Assembly: GCF_028368995.1 (NCBI RefSeq)
Contig: NZ_JAQNDL010000002.1
Coordinates: 992,001-1,056,000, forward strand
From: Nannocystis bainbridge
GTDB lineage: Bacteria; Myxococcota_A; Polyangia; Nannocystales; Nannocystaceae
Length of the DNA stretch: 64,000 bases
Reading direction: 5' to 3'
Under the pieces are notes generated by a model. That model searched no databases. It saw only the letters and a list, made by a program, of their open reading frames with translations, and was not told the DNA's origin. Shown in pieces: positions 53,455-62,417 of the stretch (within the stretch, counting starts at the first letter, position 1; every line of letters starts with the position of its first letter). The position numbers were made by a program, and so were the translations under genes.

Positions 53455-54900
53455 TCAGAAGCGCGCCCGCAGGTGGCCGGCGATGGCGGCGATGAACAGG
53501 CGGTAGGTGCCGTTGCCGAGGTCGTAGTCGGACCCCCGCACCTCGCGCGGCGCGATCCCCTGGAAGCGGGCGTCGGCGAGGAGCGAGATCCGCGGGCTCA
53601 CGTCGAGCACGCCGCCGAGAGCGCCGATGATGCGCTGGCCGTCGGGCGAGGCGGTGTCGATCGTCTTGTTCGGCGCGGCCGGCGACTGATAGCCGAGCGT
53701 GGCGCTGAGAAGCAGGCGCTCGGTGGCCCGGAAGCGGCCGCTGGCCTCGACCCAGATCGAGTCCTTCCACATGCGCGGCAGGTTGACCGCGAGCGTGTCG
53801 CCGATGCCGAGCTCCGGCTGGGCGAGGTCGGGCGAGGTCGCGGTGACGCGGAAGGCGTCGAGCTCGGAGTAGCGGACGTACTGCACGAAGCCGTCGACGC
53901 GCCAGCGCTCGCCGATGTCGTAGCCGACCCCGAGGGTGATCCGCTTGGGCAGGGTGTACTCGAGGGTGGCGTCGCCGCGGACCAGCGGCTTGAACTGCAG
54001 GCCCTGGGCGGCCAGGTCCTGGGTGAAGAACGGGTCGTTGAGGTCGACCGCGAACTTGCCGCGGTAGCGCATCGCCGTGCTGTGGAAGTAGGTGAGGGCG
54101 ATGTTGAGGCGCTTGGTCGGGTTGACGGTGACGCCGACGTTGAAGGTGACGCCGTGGGCGATCGCCCGCTTGAGCGAGAAGGGCCGCGACAGCACGTCGA
54201 GCTCGCGCACCTCGGTCGGCGCGGCGGGGCCGAACGAGTTCTTCTGGCCGAGCGTGTTGAGGCCGTCGGCGAACTCCTGCACGCCGGCGAAGTCCTGCAT
54301 CTTGCTCAGCTCGGCGAACCCGAGCACGTAGGCGACGCCGGCCCCGAGCGCGACGTAGTCGTTGATCCGCACGCCGGCGCCGAGGTGGATCTGCGAGGTG
54401 GCGATGAACGCCTGCTGGGCCTGCCACCGCTGGTCGCCGGTCTTGGGGAACTTCAGCGCGGCGGCGAACGGGACGTAGATGCCGAGGCCGAGGGTCAGCC
54501 GATCCTTGACCACCGGGTAGGCGAGGAAGAAGTTGCCGCTCGGCGCGATCGGGTTGGCCTTGACCTGACCGCTCGGGCCGGTCTTCATGCCGTCGATGTA
54601 CGACGGGTCGATCGGCGCGTTGAACTGCAGGGTGTCGGGCGTCTGATAGGCGCCGGTGCGCTCGCGGTCGTAGCGGATGTCGCCGACGATGAGGCCCACG
54701 CCCGCAAGCACCTCGCCCTTCTTGAGGTAGCCGAGGTTGGCCGGGTTCCAGTAGACCGCCGCGGCGTCGCGCGCGGTCGGGTGCGACTGCCCGCTGGTGA
54801 CGATCGGCGCGTCGAGGCCGGACGCGCGGGCGCTCCCGGGCACGGCGAGGGCGAACAGGGCGCAGGCGGGGACGAGGGCGCGGAGGGAGAGGAGACGCAT
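53455..54900 (-). CDS. FadL/OmpP1/TodX-family outer-membrane channel for hydrophobic compounds
   Basis: Signal peptide ending ARA|SG; DAAAVYWNPANL hatch motif; LGLGIYVPF; LPKRITLG; WKDS; PDGQR; C-terminal ARF. Confidence 0.88.
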   Translation of the reverse strand: MRLLSLRALVPACALFALAVPGSARASGLDAPIVTSGQSHPTARDAAAVYWNPANLGYLKKGEVLAGVGLIVGDIRYDRERTGAYQTPDTLQFNAPIDPSYIDGMKTGPSGQVKANPIAPSGNFFLAYPVVKDRLTLGLGIYVPFAAALKFPKTGDQRWQAQQAFIATSQIHLGAGVRINDYVALGAGVAYVLGFAELSKMQDFAGVQEFADGLNTLGQKNSFGPAAPTEVRELDVLSRPFSLKRAIAHGVTFNVGVTVNPTKRLNIALTYFHSTAMRYRGKFAVDLNDPFFTQDLAAQGLQFKPLVRGDATLEYTLPKRITLGVGYDIGERWRVDGFVQYVRYSELDAFRVTATSPDLAQPELGIGDTLAVNLPRMWKDSIWVEASGRFRATERLLLSATLGYQSPAAPNKTIDTASPDGQRIIGALGGVLDVSPRISLLADARFQGIAPREVRGSDYDLGNGTYRLFIAAIAGHLRARF

Positions 54901-54917
54901 GGCGGGTGGCTGGGGGG

Positions 54918-55004
54918 CAGGTGCAGAGGACAGGTGCGAAAGAGCAGGAACTCTAGGCAAGGTCCGAAGGGGCAGGTCCGAAGGGGCAGGTCCGAAAGCG
55001 CAGG
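54918..55004. repeat. Phased 14-bp array inside the operon, just upstream of the FadL-like gene
   Basis: Cores at 54931, 54945, 54959, 54973, 54987 and 55001 (GGTCCGAAGGGGCA twice). Confidence 0.85.
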
Positions 55005-55037
55005 TGCGGTCAGGCTACGCGTGGGGCGGCGAGGGCG

Positions 55038-56789
55038 TCAACGGGTGCGGGTGACCTCGAGGGCGAGGTTGTTGGCGCTCGGCTTGTCGAGGACGGCGAT
55101 CTTGTAGCGGCGGCGGTCGTCGTCCTCGAGGTAGAGCACGTCGCCGGGGGCGACGCGGACCTTCTCGTGGCTGGTGTCGCCGTCGATGTCGGCCTTCGAC
55201 GAGCGCTTGTCGGTCAGCTCGGGGTCGGCGAAGAAGCCGGGCCGCTCGTACTCGTAGGGCCGCGCGGGCAGGCCGTCGGCGTCCTTGCGCAGGTCGTCGG
55301 CGGTGACGAAGAACAGGTAGTCGCCGCTGTCGCCGGCCGACGGCTTGAAGTAGTAGAAGTCGGCGTCGCCGTCGGCGTTGTCGTTGAGCTGCTCGGTGAT
55401 GCCGATCAGGGCCTCGGGGTTGCGCTCGAGGTTGACCTTGATCTGCTTGACGATGGCCGCCTGGTCGAGCGGGATGACGATGTCGCGCAGGGTGAACTCG
55501 ACGTCGGCGTCGCCCTCGGCCAGGCCGCCGTCGTGCAGGCGGACCTGGGCGACCTCGCTGAGCATGTCCCAGAGGTAGGCCGGCGGCGGCGGGTTGCCGA
55601 CGTCGGTGAAGGTCGTCATCTCGGTCCAGCCGGTGTCGTCGACGCACGCCTCGAAGGCGACGACGTCGGTGGCGAGCTTGTACTGGTCGCAGTGCGGGCC
55701 GATGCCCTCGACGGTGCGCCGGCGGGCCATCTCGGCGATCAGGCGCTCGAACAGCCACGGCGGCAGGCCCCACGCCGGCGAGTTGCCGGTCGGCAGCGGC
55801 TCGCGGGCGTCGCCGCCGGGGACGAAGGCGTCGTCCTCGAGCACGCGCACGGTCATCTCGGAGATCGTGAGGTTCTTCGACAGGCCCTCGACGCGGATCC
55901 AGTCAGGATTGGAGAAGTCGAAGACGTCGCGGATCTGGCTGGCGGTGCTGTTGACGCTGGCGACGTAGCTGGTGGTGAGGTCGACGCCCTTGTACGGCAG
56001 CGCGTTGAGGTTGACGCGCACGTACATGGTGAAGGCGTCCTCGGTGATGCCGCTGGCGGCGAGCACGAAGCCGGGGTGGACGAGCGCGTTGGGATCGTCG
56101 GGGTCGAGCGAGGCCGGGCCGAACCGCTCGGGCAAGCTCTCGAAGGCGTAGACGATGTCGCCGAGGGTGATCGGGAGGGAGCGCGCGGCGATCGGCCACA
56201 GGCCGTCGGGGTGGTCGGCGTCGACGGCCCCCTGGCGCGACTGGGCGGCCGGGTGCGAGCCGAGCAGCTCGTCGAGGAAGGTCTCGGAGACGACCTTGGG
56301 CGGGATGGCGTCGTCGGTCACGCCGATCTGCATGAGCGCGGCCAGGGCCCGCGCCGGCGGCACGCCGACCGAGGCCGAGAGGGCGATCAGCTCCTCGAGC
56401 TGGGTGCCCTCGAGGTCGACGTTGTCGGGGTTCATGTTGAGCAGGCGGCGCAGGTTCTGGGCCGCGGGCGCGAGGGCGTCGGCCTCGGCCGGCGGCAGCG
56501 CGCGCAGCTCGTCGAGCACGACGGTGACCGACTCGGTGAGATCGAAGTCGAGCAGCCACAGGTCGTCGAGGACCTTGCGGGGCAGCTTGCGCATCTGCTC
56601 GAGGTTGACGGCCTGCTCGAAGTCGTCGACCTCGAAACGGAGCGAGCGCAGGACGACCCGCTTGGGCTGGCCGATCGCGGCCTCGATCGGGTCCTCGGCC
56701 GCGGGGACGGCGACTTCGTCGATGCAGCCGACAGGCCCGAGCAGGGCGGTGACGACGGACGTGGCGAGGGCGAGGCGGCGCGTGGGCAT
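55038..56789 (-). CDS. Lipoprotein of unknown function, paralog C
   Basis: Lipobox PVGC; shares YLWDMLSEVAQVRLHDGGLAEGDAD and PGFFADPELTDK...DGDTSHEK with its neighbours. Confidence 0.85.
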   Translation of the reverse strand: MPTRRLALATSVVTALLGPVGCIDEVAVPAAEDPIEAAIGQPKRVVLRSLRFEVDDFEQAVNLEQMRKLPRKVLDDLWLLDFDLTESVTVVLDELRALPPAEADALAPAAQNLRRLLNMNPDNVDLEGTQLEELIALSASVGVPPARALAALMQIGVTDDAIPPKVVSETFLDELLGSHPAAQSRQGAVDADHPDGLWPIAARSLPITLGDIVYAFESLPERFGPASLDPDDPNALVHPGFVLAASGITEDAFTMYVRVNLNALPYKGVDLTTSYVASVNSTASQIRDVFDFSNPDWIRVEGLSKNLTISEMTVRVLEDDAFVPGGDAREPLPTGNSPAWGLPPWLFERLIAEMARRRTVEGIGPHCDQYKLATDVVAFEACVDDTGWTEMTTFTDVGNPPPPAYLWDMLSEVAQVRLHDGGLAEGDADVEFTLRDIVIPLDQAAIVKQIKVNLERNPEALIGITEQLNDNADGDADFYYFKPSAGDSGDYLFFVTADDLRKDADGLPARPYEYERPGFFADPELTDKRSSKADIDGDTSHEKVRVAPGDVLYLEDDDRRRYKIAVLDKPSANNLALEVTRTR

Positions 56790-56815
56790 GGCGAGGCTGG
56801 CCTTCGGGACAGGTA

Positions 56816-58639
56816 TCAGCGCGAGCGCTTGACGGTGAGGGCGACGCTGTGAGGGGCGGGCTTGTCCTCGACGACCAGCTTGAACAGGCGGTTCTGATCG
56901 TCGAGCAGGTAGAGGACGTCGCCGGCGGCGATCTTGACCTTCTCGTGGCTGGTGTCGCCGTCGATCGCGACCACCTCGGAGGCCTTGTCGGTCAGCTTGG
57001 CGTCGCGGAAAAAGCCGGGCTTCTTGTAGGCGTAGGGGCGCACGGCCTCGCCGTCGTCGTCGTTCTCGATGTCGGCGGGGGTGACGAAGTACAGCCAGTC
57101 GCCCTGCAGCTCGGGCGGGTTGTCGCCCTTCGGGACGTAGTAGAAGAAGTCGGCCCGGCCCTCGGTGTTGTCGTTGAGCAGCTCGGCGATGGCGCTCAGC
57201 GCGGCCGGATTCTTCTGGATGTTGGTCTTGATCTGCGCGACGAGCTGCTCGACGGTGGTGCCGACCGGGACCTGCTTGAGCGTGAAGCTGATGTCGGCGT
57301 CGCCCTCGGCGAGGCCGCCGTCGTGGAGGCGGACCTGGGCGACCTCGAGCAGGATGTCCCAGAAGTACGAGGGCGGCGGCGGCGGCGAGTCGAGCAGGAC
57401 GCTGTCGTCGATGGCGATCGAGGTCCAGTGCTCGGGGGCGGCGGCGTCAGGGTCGAAGGCGCCGTCTTCGAAGGCGCCCTGACCGATGCACGCCTGCACG
57501 GCGATGAACGGCGGGTCGACCTGACCCTTGGGGCCGTACTCGCTGCAGTGGGTGGGAATTTCGGCGGCGCGGGCGACCGCGACCTCGGCGATCAGGCGCT
57601 CGAACAACCACCGCGGCTTCTGCCACACCTTCGAGTCGCCGAGCGGGGCCGGCTCCTGGTTGGTGCCGCTGACGATGAACTCCCTGTCCTCGTCGATGGT
57701 CATGGTCATCTCCTCGACGACCAGGGCCGGCACGAGGCCCTCGATGCTCATCCAGTCGTCGCGGGTGAAGTCGAACGCGCTCAAGATCTGGCTCTTGGTG
57801 CTGTTGACGTTGGCGACTGTCCCATCGGTCAGGTCGAGGCCCTTGTACGGGAGGGCGTTGAGGTCGACCTTGACGACCATCTTGAAGTCAGGGGTGGTGG
57901 CCTTGAACTTGAAAGCGCCGCCGATGAAGCCGGGGTGATCGGGGTCGTCGGGGTCGGCGGCCTCGGTCGGGCCGAACCGCACCGGCATCTCGGCGAAGTC
58001 GGTGACGACGTCCCACAGGCTGACCGGCAGGCTGCCGGGGCTGACGGGGTACTTGCCGTCGGGGTGGGCGGCGTCGACCGGGCCGGGGCGAAACTGGGCG
58101 TTCGGGTGGCTGCTGACGACGTTGTCGATGACGGCGCGGGTGGTCAGGTCGACGGTGATGATCGGCTCGTTGGGGTCGACGGCGATCAGGTCGGCGAGGA
58201 TGGTGGCCGCGCCGAGGCCGACGGCTTCGCCGACGCCGATGAGCGGCGCCAGCGAGGTGCCGTCGAGGCTGGTCGACTTGGCCGTCATGTTGAGCAGCTT
58301 CCACATGTTCTGGGCGCTGCGCTGGAGCTGCGGGACCTCGGCCTCGGGGGTGGCGATCAGGGTCAGCAGGGCGTTGCGGATCAGCGGCTCGAGATCCATG
58401 TCGATGAGCCACGTCTCGCGCAGGATCTTCTCGGGGAACCGCTCCTTGATGTCCGCGAGCGACAGCTCCTGCACGAAGCCCTTGGCGTCGAGGCGGAGGA
58501 ACCGCAGCTCGACCCGGCGCTCGTCGCCGAGCTCGACCTCGACCACGTCCTGCGGGTCGGCCAGGGTGACCTCCTCGACGCAGGCGGGGGCGAGCAGGGC
58601 GGCGAGGGCGAGGGTGATGGAGGAGGTATTTCGGGACAT
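56816..58639 (-). CDS. Lipoprotein of unknown function, paralog B
   Basis: Lipobox APAC; YFWDILLEVAQVRLHDGGLAEGDAD, PGFFRDAKLTDK...DGDTSHEK. Confidence 0.85.
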   Translation of the reverse strand: MSRNTSSITLALAALLAPACVEEVTLADPQDVVEVELGDERRVELRFLRLDAKGFVQELSLADIKERFPEKILRETWLIDMDLEPLIRNALLTLIATPEAEVPQLQRSAQNMWKLLNMTAKSTSLDGTSLAPLIGVGEAVGLGAATILADLIAVDPNEPIITVDLTTRAVIDNVVSSHPNAQFRPGPVDAAHPDGKYPVSPGSLPVSLWDVVTDFAEMPVRFGPTEAADPDDPDHPGFIGGAFKFKATTPDFKMVVKVDLNALPYKGLDLTDGTVANVNSTKSQILSAFDFTRDDWMSIEGLVPALVVEEMTMTIDEDREFIVSGTNQEPAPLGDSKVWQKPRWLFERLIAEVAVARAAEIPTHCSEYGPKGQVDPPFIAVQACIGQGAFEDGAFDPDAAAPEHWTSIAIDDSVLLDSPPPPPSYFWDILLEVAQVRLHDGGLAEGDADISFTLKQVPVGTTVEQLVAQIKTNIQKNPAALSAIAELLNDNTEGRADFFYYVPKGDNPPELQGDWLYFVTPADIENDDDGEAVRPYAYKKPGFFRDAKLTDKASEVVAIDGDTSHEKVKIAAGDVLYLLDDQNRLFKLVVEDKPAPHSVALTVKRSR

Positions 58640-58668
58640 GGCGAAAAGGACAGGAAAGAAGGGACAGG
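58623..58668. repeat. Phased 14-bp units over the start of lipoprotein B
   Basis: Cores at 58637, 58651 and 58665 (GGACATGG, GGACAGGA, GGACAGGA). Confidence 0.65.
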
Positions 58669-58692
58669 AGGCGGTGGGGGCCGGCCTGCTGC

Positions 58693-60732
58693 TCACAGCT
58701 TGCGGACGCGGACGACGATCTCGACGGGGTCGGCGCCGGCGGGGACGGTGAAGCGCAGCTCGTAGGTGTCGCCGGCGTCGTCCTGGATGAACAGCGTCGA
58801 CTCGCCCACGGGCAGGCGGTACTTCTCGTGCTCGGTGTCGGCGACGCCGTCGACGGCGGTCGAGGACAGCTTGTCGGTCAGCTCGGCGTCGGCGAAGAAG
58901 CCGGGCTTGGCGTAGTCCCAGGCGGCGAGGACCTTCGGGTCGTCGGCGTCGGGCCGCTTGTCGTCAGGGCCGACGAAGAACAGGTAAGGGGTGCCGCCGT
59001 CGGCGGCGCGCCGGTAGTAGAAGTCGAGCCGACCGTTGGAGGTCCAGTAGTTGCCGAGGATGACGTCGGCGATCTTGCCGGCCTGGCTCTGCAGGGTCGG
59101 CCGGATCTGGGCGATCATCTCGTCGGCCGTGAAGCCGATCGGGACGCCCTTGAGCGCGAACACCGGGCGCGCGGCGCCCTCCTCGAGGTTGTCGGCGGTG
59201 TTCTGCTCGCCGCCGACGATCTTGCCGTTCATGTCGCGCATGAAGGCGTCGTTGCCGGCGGGGTCGTGGATGATGTCCTGGGCGACGTCGAGCAGCATCT
59301 CCCACAGGTACTGCGGGGCCGGCGAGACGAGGTTGGGGACCTGGATGTCGAACTCGGCCCAGCCGGTGTCGACGGTGCCGATCGAGGCGCCGGCGAGGCA
59401 GGGCAGGCCGGGCGCGAAGCAGTAGAACGGGTAGTCGAGGTCCTTGAAGGCGAGGTAGGCGGCCTGGGCGATGATCCGCTCGAGCGACCAGGCCGGCTGC
59501 GACCACACGTAGGTGTCGCCGAGCGGGCTGTCGGGGAGGTTGGGGGCGCAGGTGGCGTGGCCGTCGGTGCACGAGGGCACCTTGGTGTCGAGCTCGGCGA
59601 TCGCCATGCGCATGTCGACGGTCGGGGCGGCGGCGATGCCCTCGATCACGACCTTGACCGGGTCGTTGAAGTCGAACGCGAGCGGGGCCTCGGCGACGCT
59701 GAGGAACATCTCGCCGGCGCCCGCGGAGGCGTCGATGCCGTCGACGCGCCGCAGGTTGCTGGCGGCGGTGGCGATCATCTTGAACTCGGGGGTCAGCGCG
59801 TCGCTGTAGGTGGTGAATTCGGCGTCGTCGGGGACGAGCAGGCCGGGGTGATCGCCGGTCGGGCCGAGCTTGTCGGACAACGGCTGCATGTCCATCAACG
59901 CGTCGTAGAGGGTGACCGGCAGCTTGCCCTCGCTGTTGGCGATGTTGGGGTGCGAGGCGAGCAGGGTCAGCTTGAGGGCGTCGCGCAGGACCTCGACCGA
60001 GATGAAGGGGCGCGTGTGGAGGTCGCCCTCGTGGACCTTGTCGAGCTTGGAGTCCTTGAGCTTCTCGGTGCACTGGAAGGCGCCGAGCTCGTGGTTGCCG
60101 CAGAACAGGCTGGCGGCGAGCACGTCGTTGAAGGTGAGGCCGTTGACGGTCTTGTTGTCGTACAGCGAGAAGAGGTACTGGAAGTCCTCCATCACCGTGG
60201 TCGCCACGTTGGCGTTGCGCGGCGTCATCGTCAGCAGGCGGACCATCGCGAACTGCGGCGAGGTCTGCCACTCGGGGCCGTAGGTCTGGCCGAGCGGGGT
60301 GGCGCTACAGTTGTGATTGGGGCTGACGGGGAGGTCGCCGTTCTTGACCGCGTCGCTGTAGACGTCCCACTGGTCGCCGCACGAGTTCTGGATGGTCGAG
60401 AGCACGTGGTCGAGCAGCGGCGCGCTGTCGAGCTCGATGAGCGTGATGTCCCTGGCCGCGACCTCGCCGAAGATCTCGAGCGCCTTGGCCTTGTCCATCT
60501 CGAGCACCACCGGCGGCGGCGGGGTGTCGTCGATGCGCAGGAAGAAGCGGTCGGTCGGCAGCGGCGGGGCGGACGGCTCGCCGGTGGTCGGCGCGGTCGG
60601 GTCAGTGTCGGTGTCGGCGGCGGTGCTGGTCTCGGTGGTGTCGTCGCCGTCGGTGTCACCCGGGTCGCCAGGACACGCGGCGAGCGCAGGGATGAGCAGC
60701 GAGAGCGAGAGCAGGGGGCGGGGATGTCTCAT
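58693..60732 (-). CDS. Lipoprotein of unknown function, paralog A (divergent, with Thr/Asp stalk and extra Cys)
   Basis: Lipobox LAAC; YLWEMLLDVAQDIIHD, LPVTLYD, PGFFADAELTDK...DTEHEK. Confidence 0.85.
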   Translation of the reverse strand: MRHPRPLLSLSLLIPALAACPGDPGDTDGDDTTETSTAADTDTDPTAPTTGEPSAPPLPTDRFFLRIDDTPPPPVVLEMDKAKALEIFGEVAARDITLIELDSAPLLDHVLSTIQNSCGDQWDVYSDAVKNGDLPVSPNHNCSATPLGQTYGPEWQTSPQFAMVRLLTMTPRNANVATTVMEDFQYLFSLYDNKTVNGLTFNDVLAASLFCGNHELGAFQCTEKLKDSKLDKVHEGDLHTRPFISVEVLRDALKLTLLASHPNIANSEGKLPVTLYDALMDMQPLSDKLGPTGDHPGLLVPDDAEFTTYSDALTPEFKMIATAASNLRRVDGIDASAGAGEMFLSVAEAPLAFDFNDPVKVVIEGIAAAPTVDMRMAIAELDTKVPSCTDGHATCAPNLPDSPLGDTYVWSQPAWSLERIIAQAAYLAFKDLDYPFYCFAPGLPCLAGASIGTVDTGWAEFDIQVPNLVSPAPQYLWEMLLDVAQDIIHDPAGNDAFMRDMNGKIVGGEQNTADNLEEGAARPVFALKGVPIGFTADEMIAQIRPTLQSQAGKIADVILGNYWTSNGRLDFYYRRAADGGTPYLFFVGPDDKRPDADDPKVLAAWDYAKPGFFADAELTDKLSSTAVDGVADTEHEKYRLPVGESTLFIQDDAGDTYELRFTVPAGADPVEIVVRVRKL

Positions 60733-60858
60733 GGCGCAGCCGTCCGAAGCCCGCAGTATCGCAGCTTCGCCGGCCCTGCGATAGGATGACGAGCGCCCGC
60801 GGCCCGCCGCCCCCGTGGCGCGCAGGGGCAAAACGAGGGGGCGGACGGGCGGCGCCGA

Positions 60859-61413
60859 TCACTTGCTGCCGGGCGCGGGTGCGTGCGCGGGCGGTCTCGC
60901 GGTCGGCGTCGGGGCGGGGTCGACGAGTGCGGGCGGGTGGGGGGCGAAGCGGCTCTCGAGTTCGACGCCGCGGACGCAAAAGGCGCCGGGCTGGCGCGGA
61001 TCGGGGTCGCGGTCGACGACGAGGAGGTACTGGTGCTGCTGGGCGAAGCCGGCCTGCAGGACGTGATAGACGCGGTCGCTGATGTCGGGGCAGCCGCGGC
61101 CCCAGTAGAGCCGCGCGGGCTTCTCGGCGGCCTCGCCGAACTGCCGCCAGAAGCCGTAGAGGTAGCCGCTGCCGTTCTCGTAGACGACCATGTTCGACAG
61201 GCTGGTCGCCCACATGCGCGGCTTGACCTCGCCGGCGCCCTTCGGCGCGCCGATCGGCGGGGCGGACGTCGGTGCGGGCGGGGTGGCGGCGGTGAGGTTC
61301 GTCGACGCGCCGCCCGGCGCGGCCGCGGCGGCGTCGAAGCCGAGCAGCGCGAGGAGGCCGAGGATCGCCGCGGCGGCGGGGGCACGGGCGGGGCGCACGG
61401 ACGTGGCGAGCAT
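60859..61413 (-). CDS. Small secreted hypothetical protein
   Basis: Hydrophobic signal-like N-terminus; compact ~90-aa domain with two Cys, flanked by Pro/Ala-rich segments. Confidence 0.7.
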   Translation of the reverse strand: MLATSVRPARAPAAAAILGLLALLGFDAAAAAPGGASTNLTAATPPAPTSAPPIGAPKGAGEVKPRMWATSLSNMVVYENGSGYLYGFWRQFGEAAEKPARLYWGRGCPDISDRVYHVLQAGFAQQHQYLLVVDRDPDPRQPGAFCVRGVELESRFAPHPPALVDPAPTPTARPPAHAPAPGSK

Positions 61414-61595
61414 GCGTGAATTGACGCAATGCTCACGCGGCTTGTAAAGCGGGGTGCCCCGATATCGCGTCCCGGCGCCCGTGGCGGGCCGCGCCCGGAG
61501 CTTCGGATGGCGCCGGCGCGGGGTGCTCGCGGGTCGTCGGCTGCGCCGCGGCGGCGGCTTCACGGCGGCGTTGGACTTTCGGTATAGTCGCGGCG

Positions 61596-62303
61596 ATGCC
61601 CGGCTCGTCGCTGCATGGGCGCGCCTTCACGCGCGTCGCCGTGACCGTCGCCCTCTCGCTGGCTCCGGCGCTGGCGCTGGCCCAGGAGCCCGCGACGTCC
61701 GAGGCGGTCGCGGAGGGGCCCGAGACGCCCGAGGCGGCGGAGGGGCCCGAGACGGTGGCAGCGCCCGCGCAGCCGCGGCCGCCGGCGGTCGAGGTCGAGA
61801 CGGCCCGGCGCGTGCGCCACAACTGGTACGCCGGGTTCGGCGTCGGCCTCGGCGTCGGCAACCTGCGCCGCACCGAGGCCGGCCGCAACGCGGTGTCGGT
61901 GGCGCTGCTGGGCCACGTGCGGGCGGGCGGACGGATCCGCGACAACCTGCTGGTCGGTGGCCTGGTGTCGACGACGCTCGGCGGGGCCCGGCGCGGGCAG
62001 GGGTTGCTGTCGATCCTGGCCGAGGTCATCGGCTATCCGGTCCGCGGCAAGGGCCTGGTGTTGCAGGGGGCGCTGGGGCTGGGGACGTTCCTGCAGGGCG
62101 ACGTGCTGCGCGACATCGAGAACCCGACAGCGGGGATCACCCGCACCGCCGTCGGGCTCGCGTTCGGCGTGGGGCTCGGCTACGAGTTCTGGCTGGCCCG
62201 CCGCTTCAACCTCGGGCTGATGGTCCGCGGCGACGGGATGGCGGCGCCGGAGCTGGGCCTGCGCGCAGCCGGGACGTTCGGGCTGACGTTCACCTGGTAC
62301 TGA
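61596..62303 (+). CDS. Small outer-membrane beta-barrel protein
   Basis: Signal peptide ALA|QE; alternating Gly/hydrophobic strands; C-terminal GLTFTWY (BAM signal-like). Confidence 0.8.
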   Translation: MPGSSLHGRAFTRVAVTVALSLAPALALAQEPATSEAVAEGPETPEAAEGPETVAAPAQPRPPAVEVETARRVRHNWYAGFGVGLGVGNLRRTEAGRNAVSVALLGHVRAGGRIRDNLLVGGLVSTTLGGARRGQGLLSILAEVIGYPVRGKGLVLQGALGLGTFLQGDVLRDIENPTAGITRTAVGLAFGVGLGYEFWLARRFNLGLMVRGDGMAAPELGLRAAGTFGLTFTWY

Positions 62304-62408
62304 GGGCAGGTCCCGGAGGACAGGTCCGAGAGGACAGGCCCGAGAGGACAGGTCCGAAGGGACAGGCCCCGCAGGACAGGCCCCGCAGGACAGGCCCCGC
62401 AGGACAGG
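62293..62408. repeat. Homogeneous tandem array of the 14-bp unit (9 junctions) between convergent genes
   Basis: (GGACAGGYCCNNNR)n with cores at 62293, 62307, 62321, 62335, 62349, 62363, 62377, 62391 and 62405. Confidence 0.95.
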
Positions 62409-62417
62409 TCCGGACGG

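Noticed and set aside
62293-62408. 14-bp arrays as mini-CRISPR or iteron/replication origin
   Set aside because: The variable part is only ~4 bp, the arrays are scattered throughout the window including within genes, and there is no adjacent rep/dnaA gene or AT-rich unwinding element.
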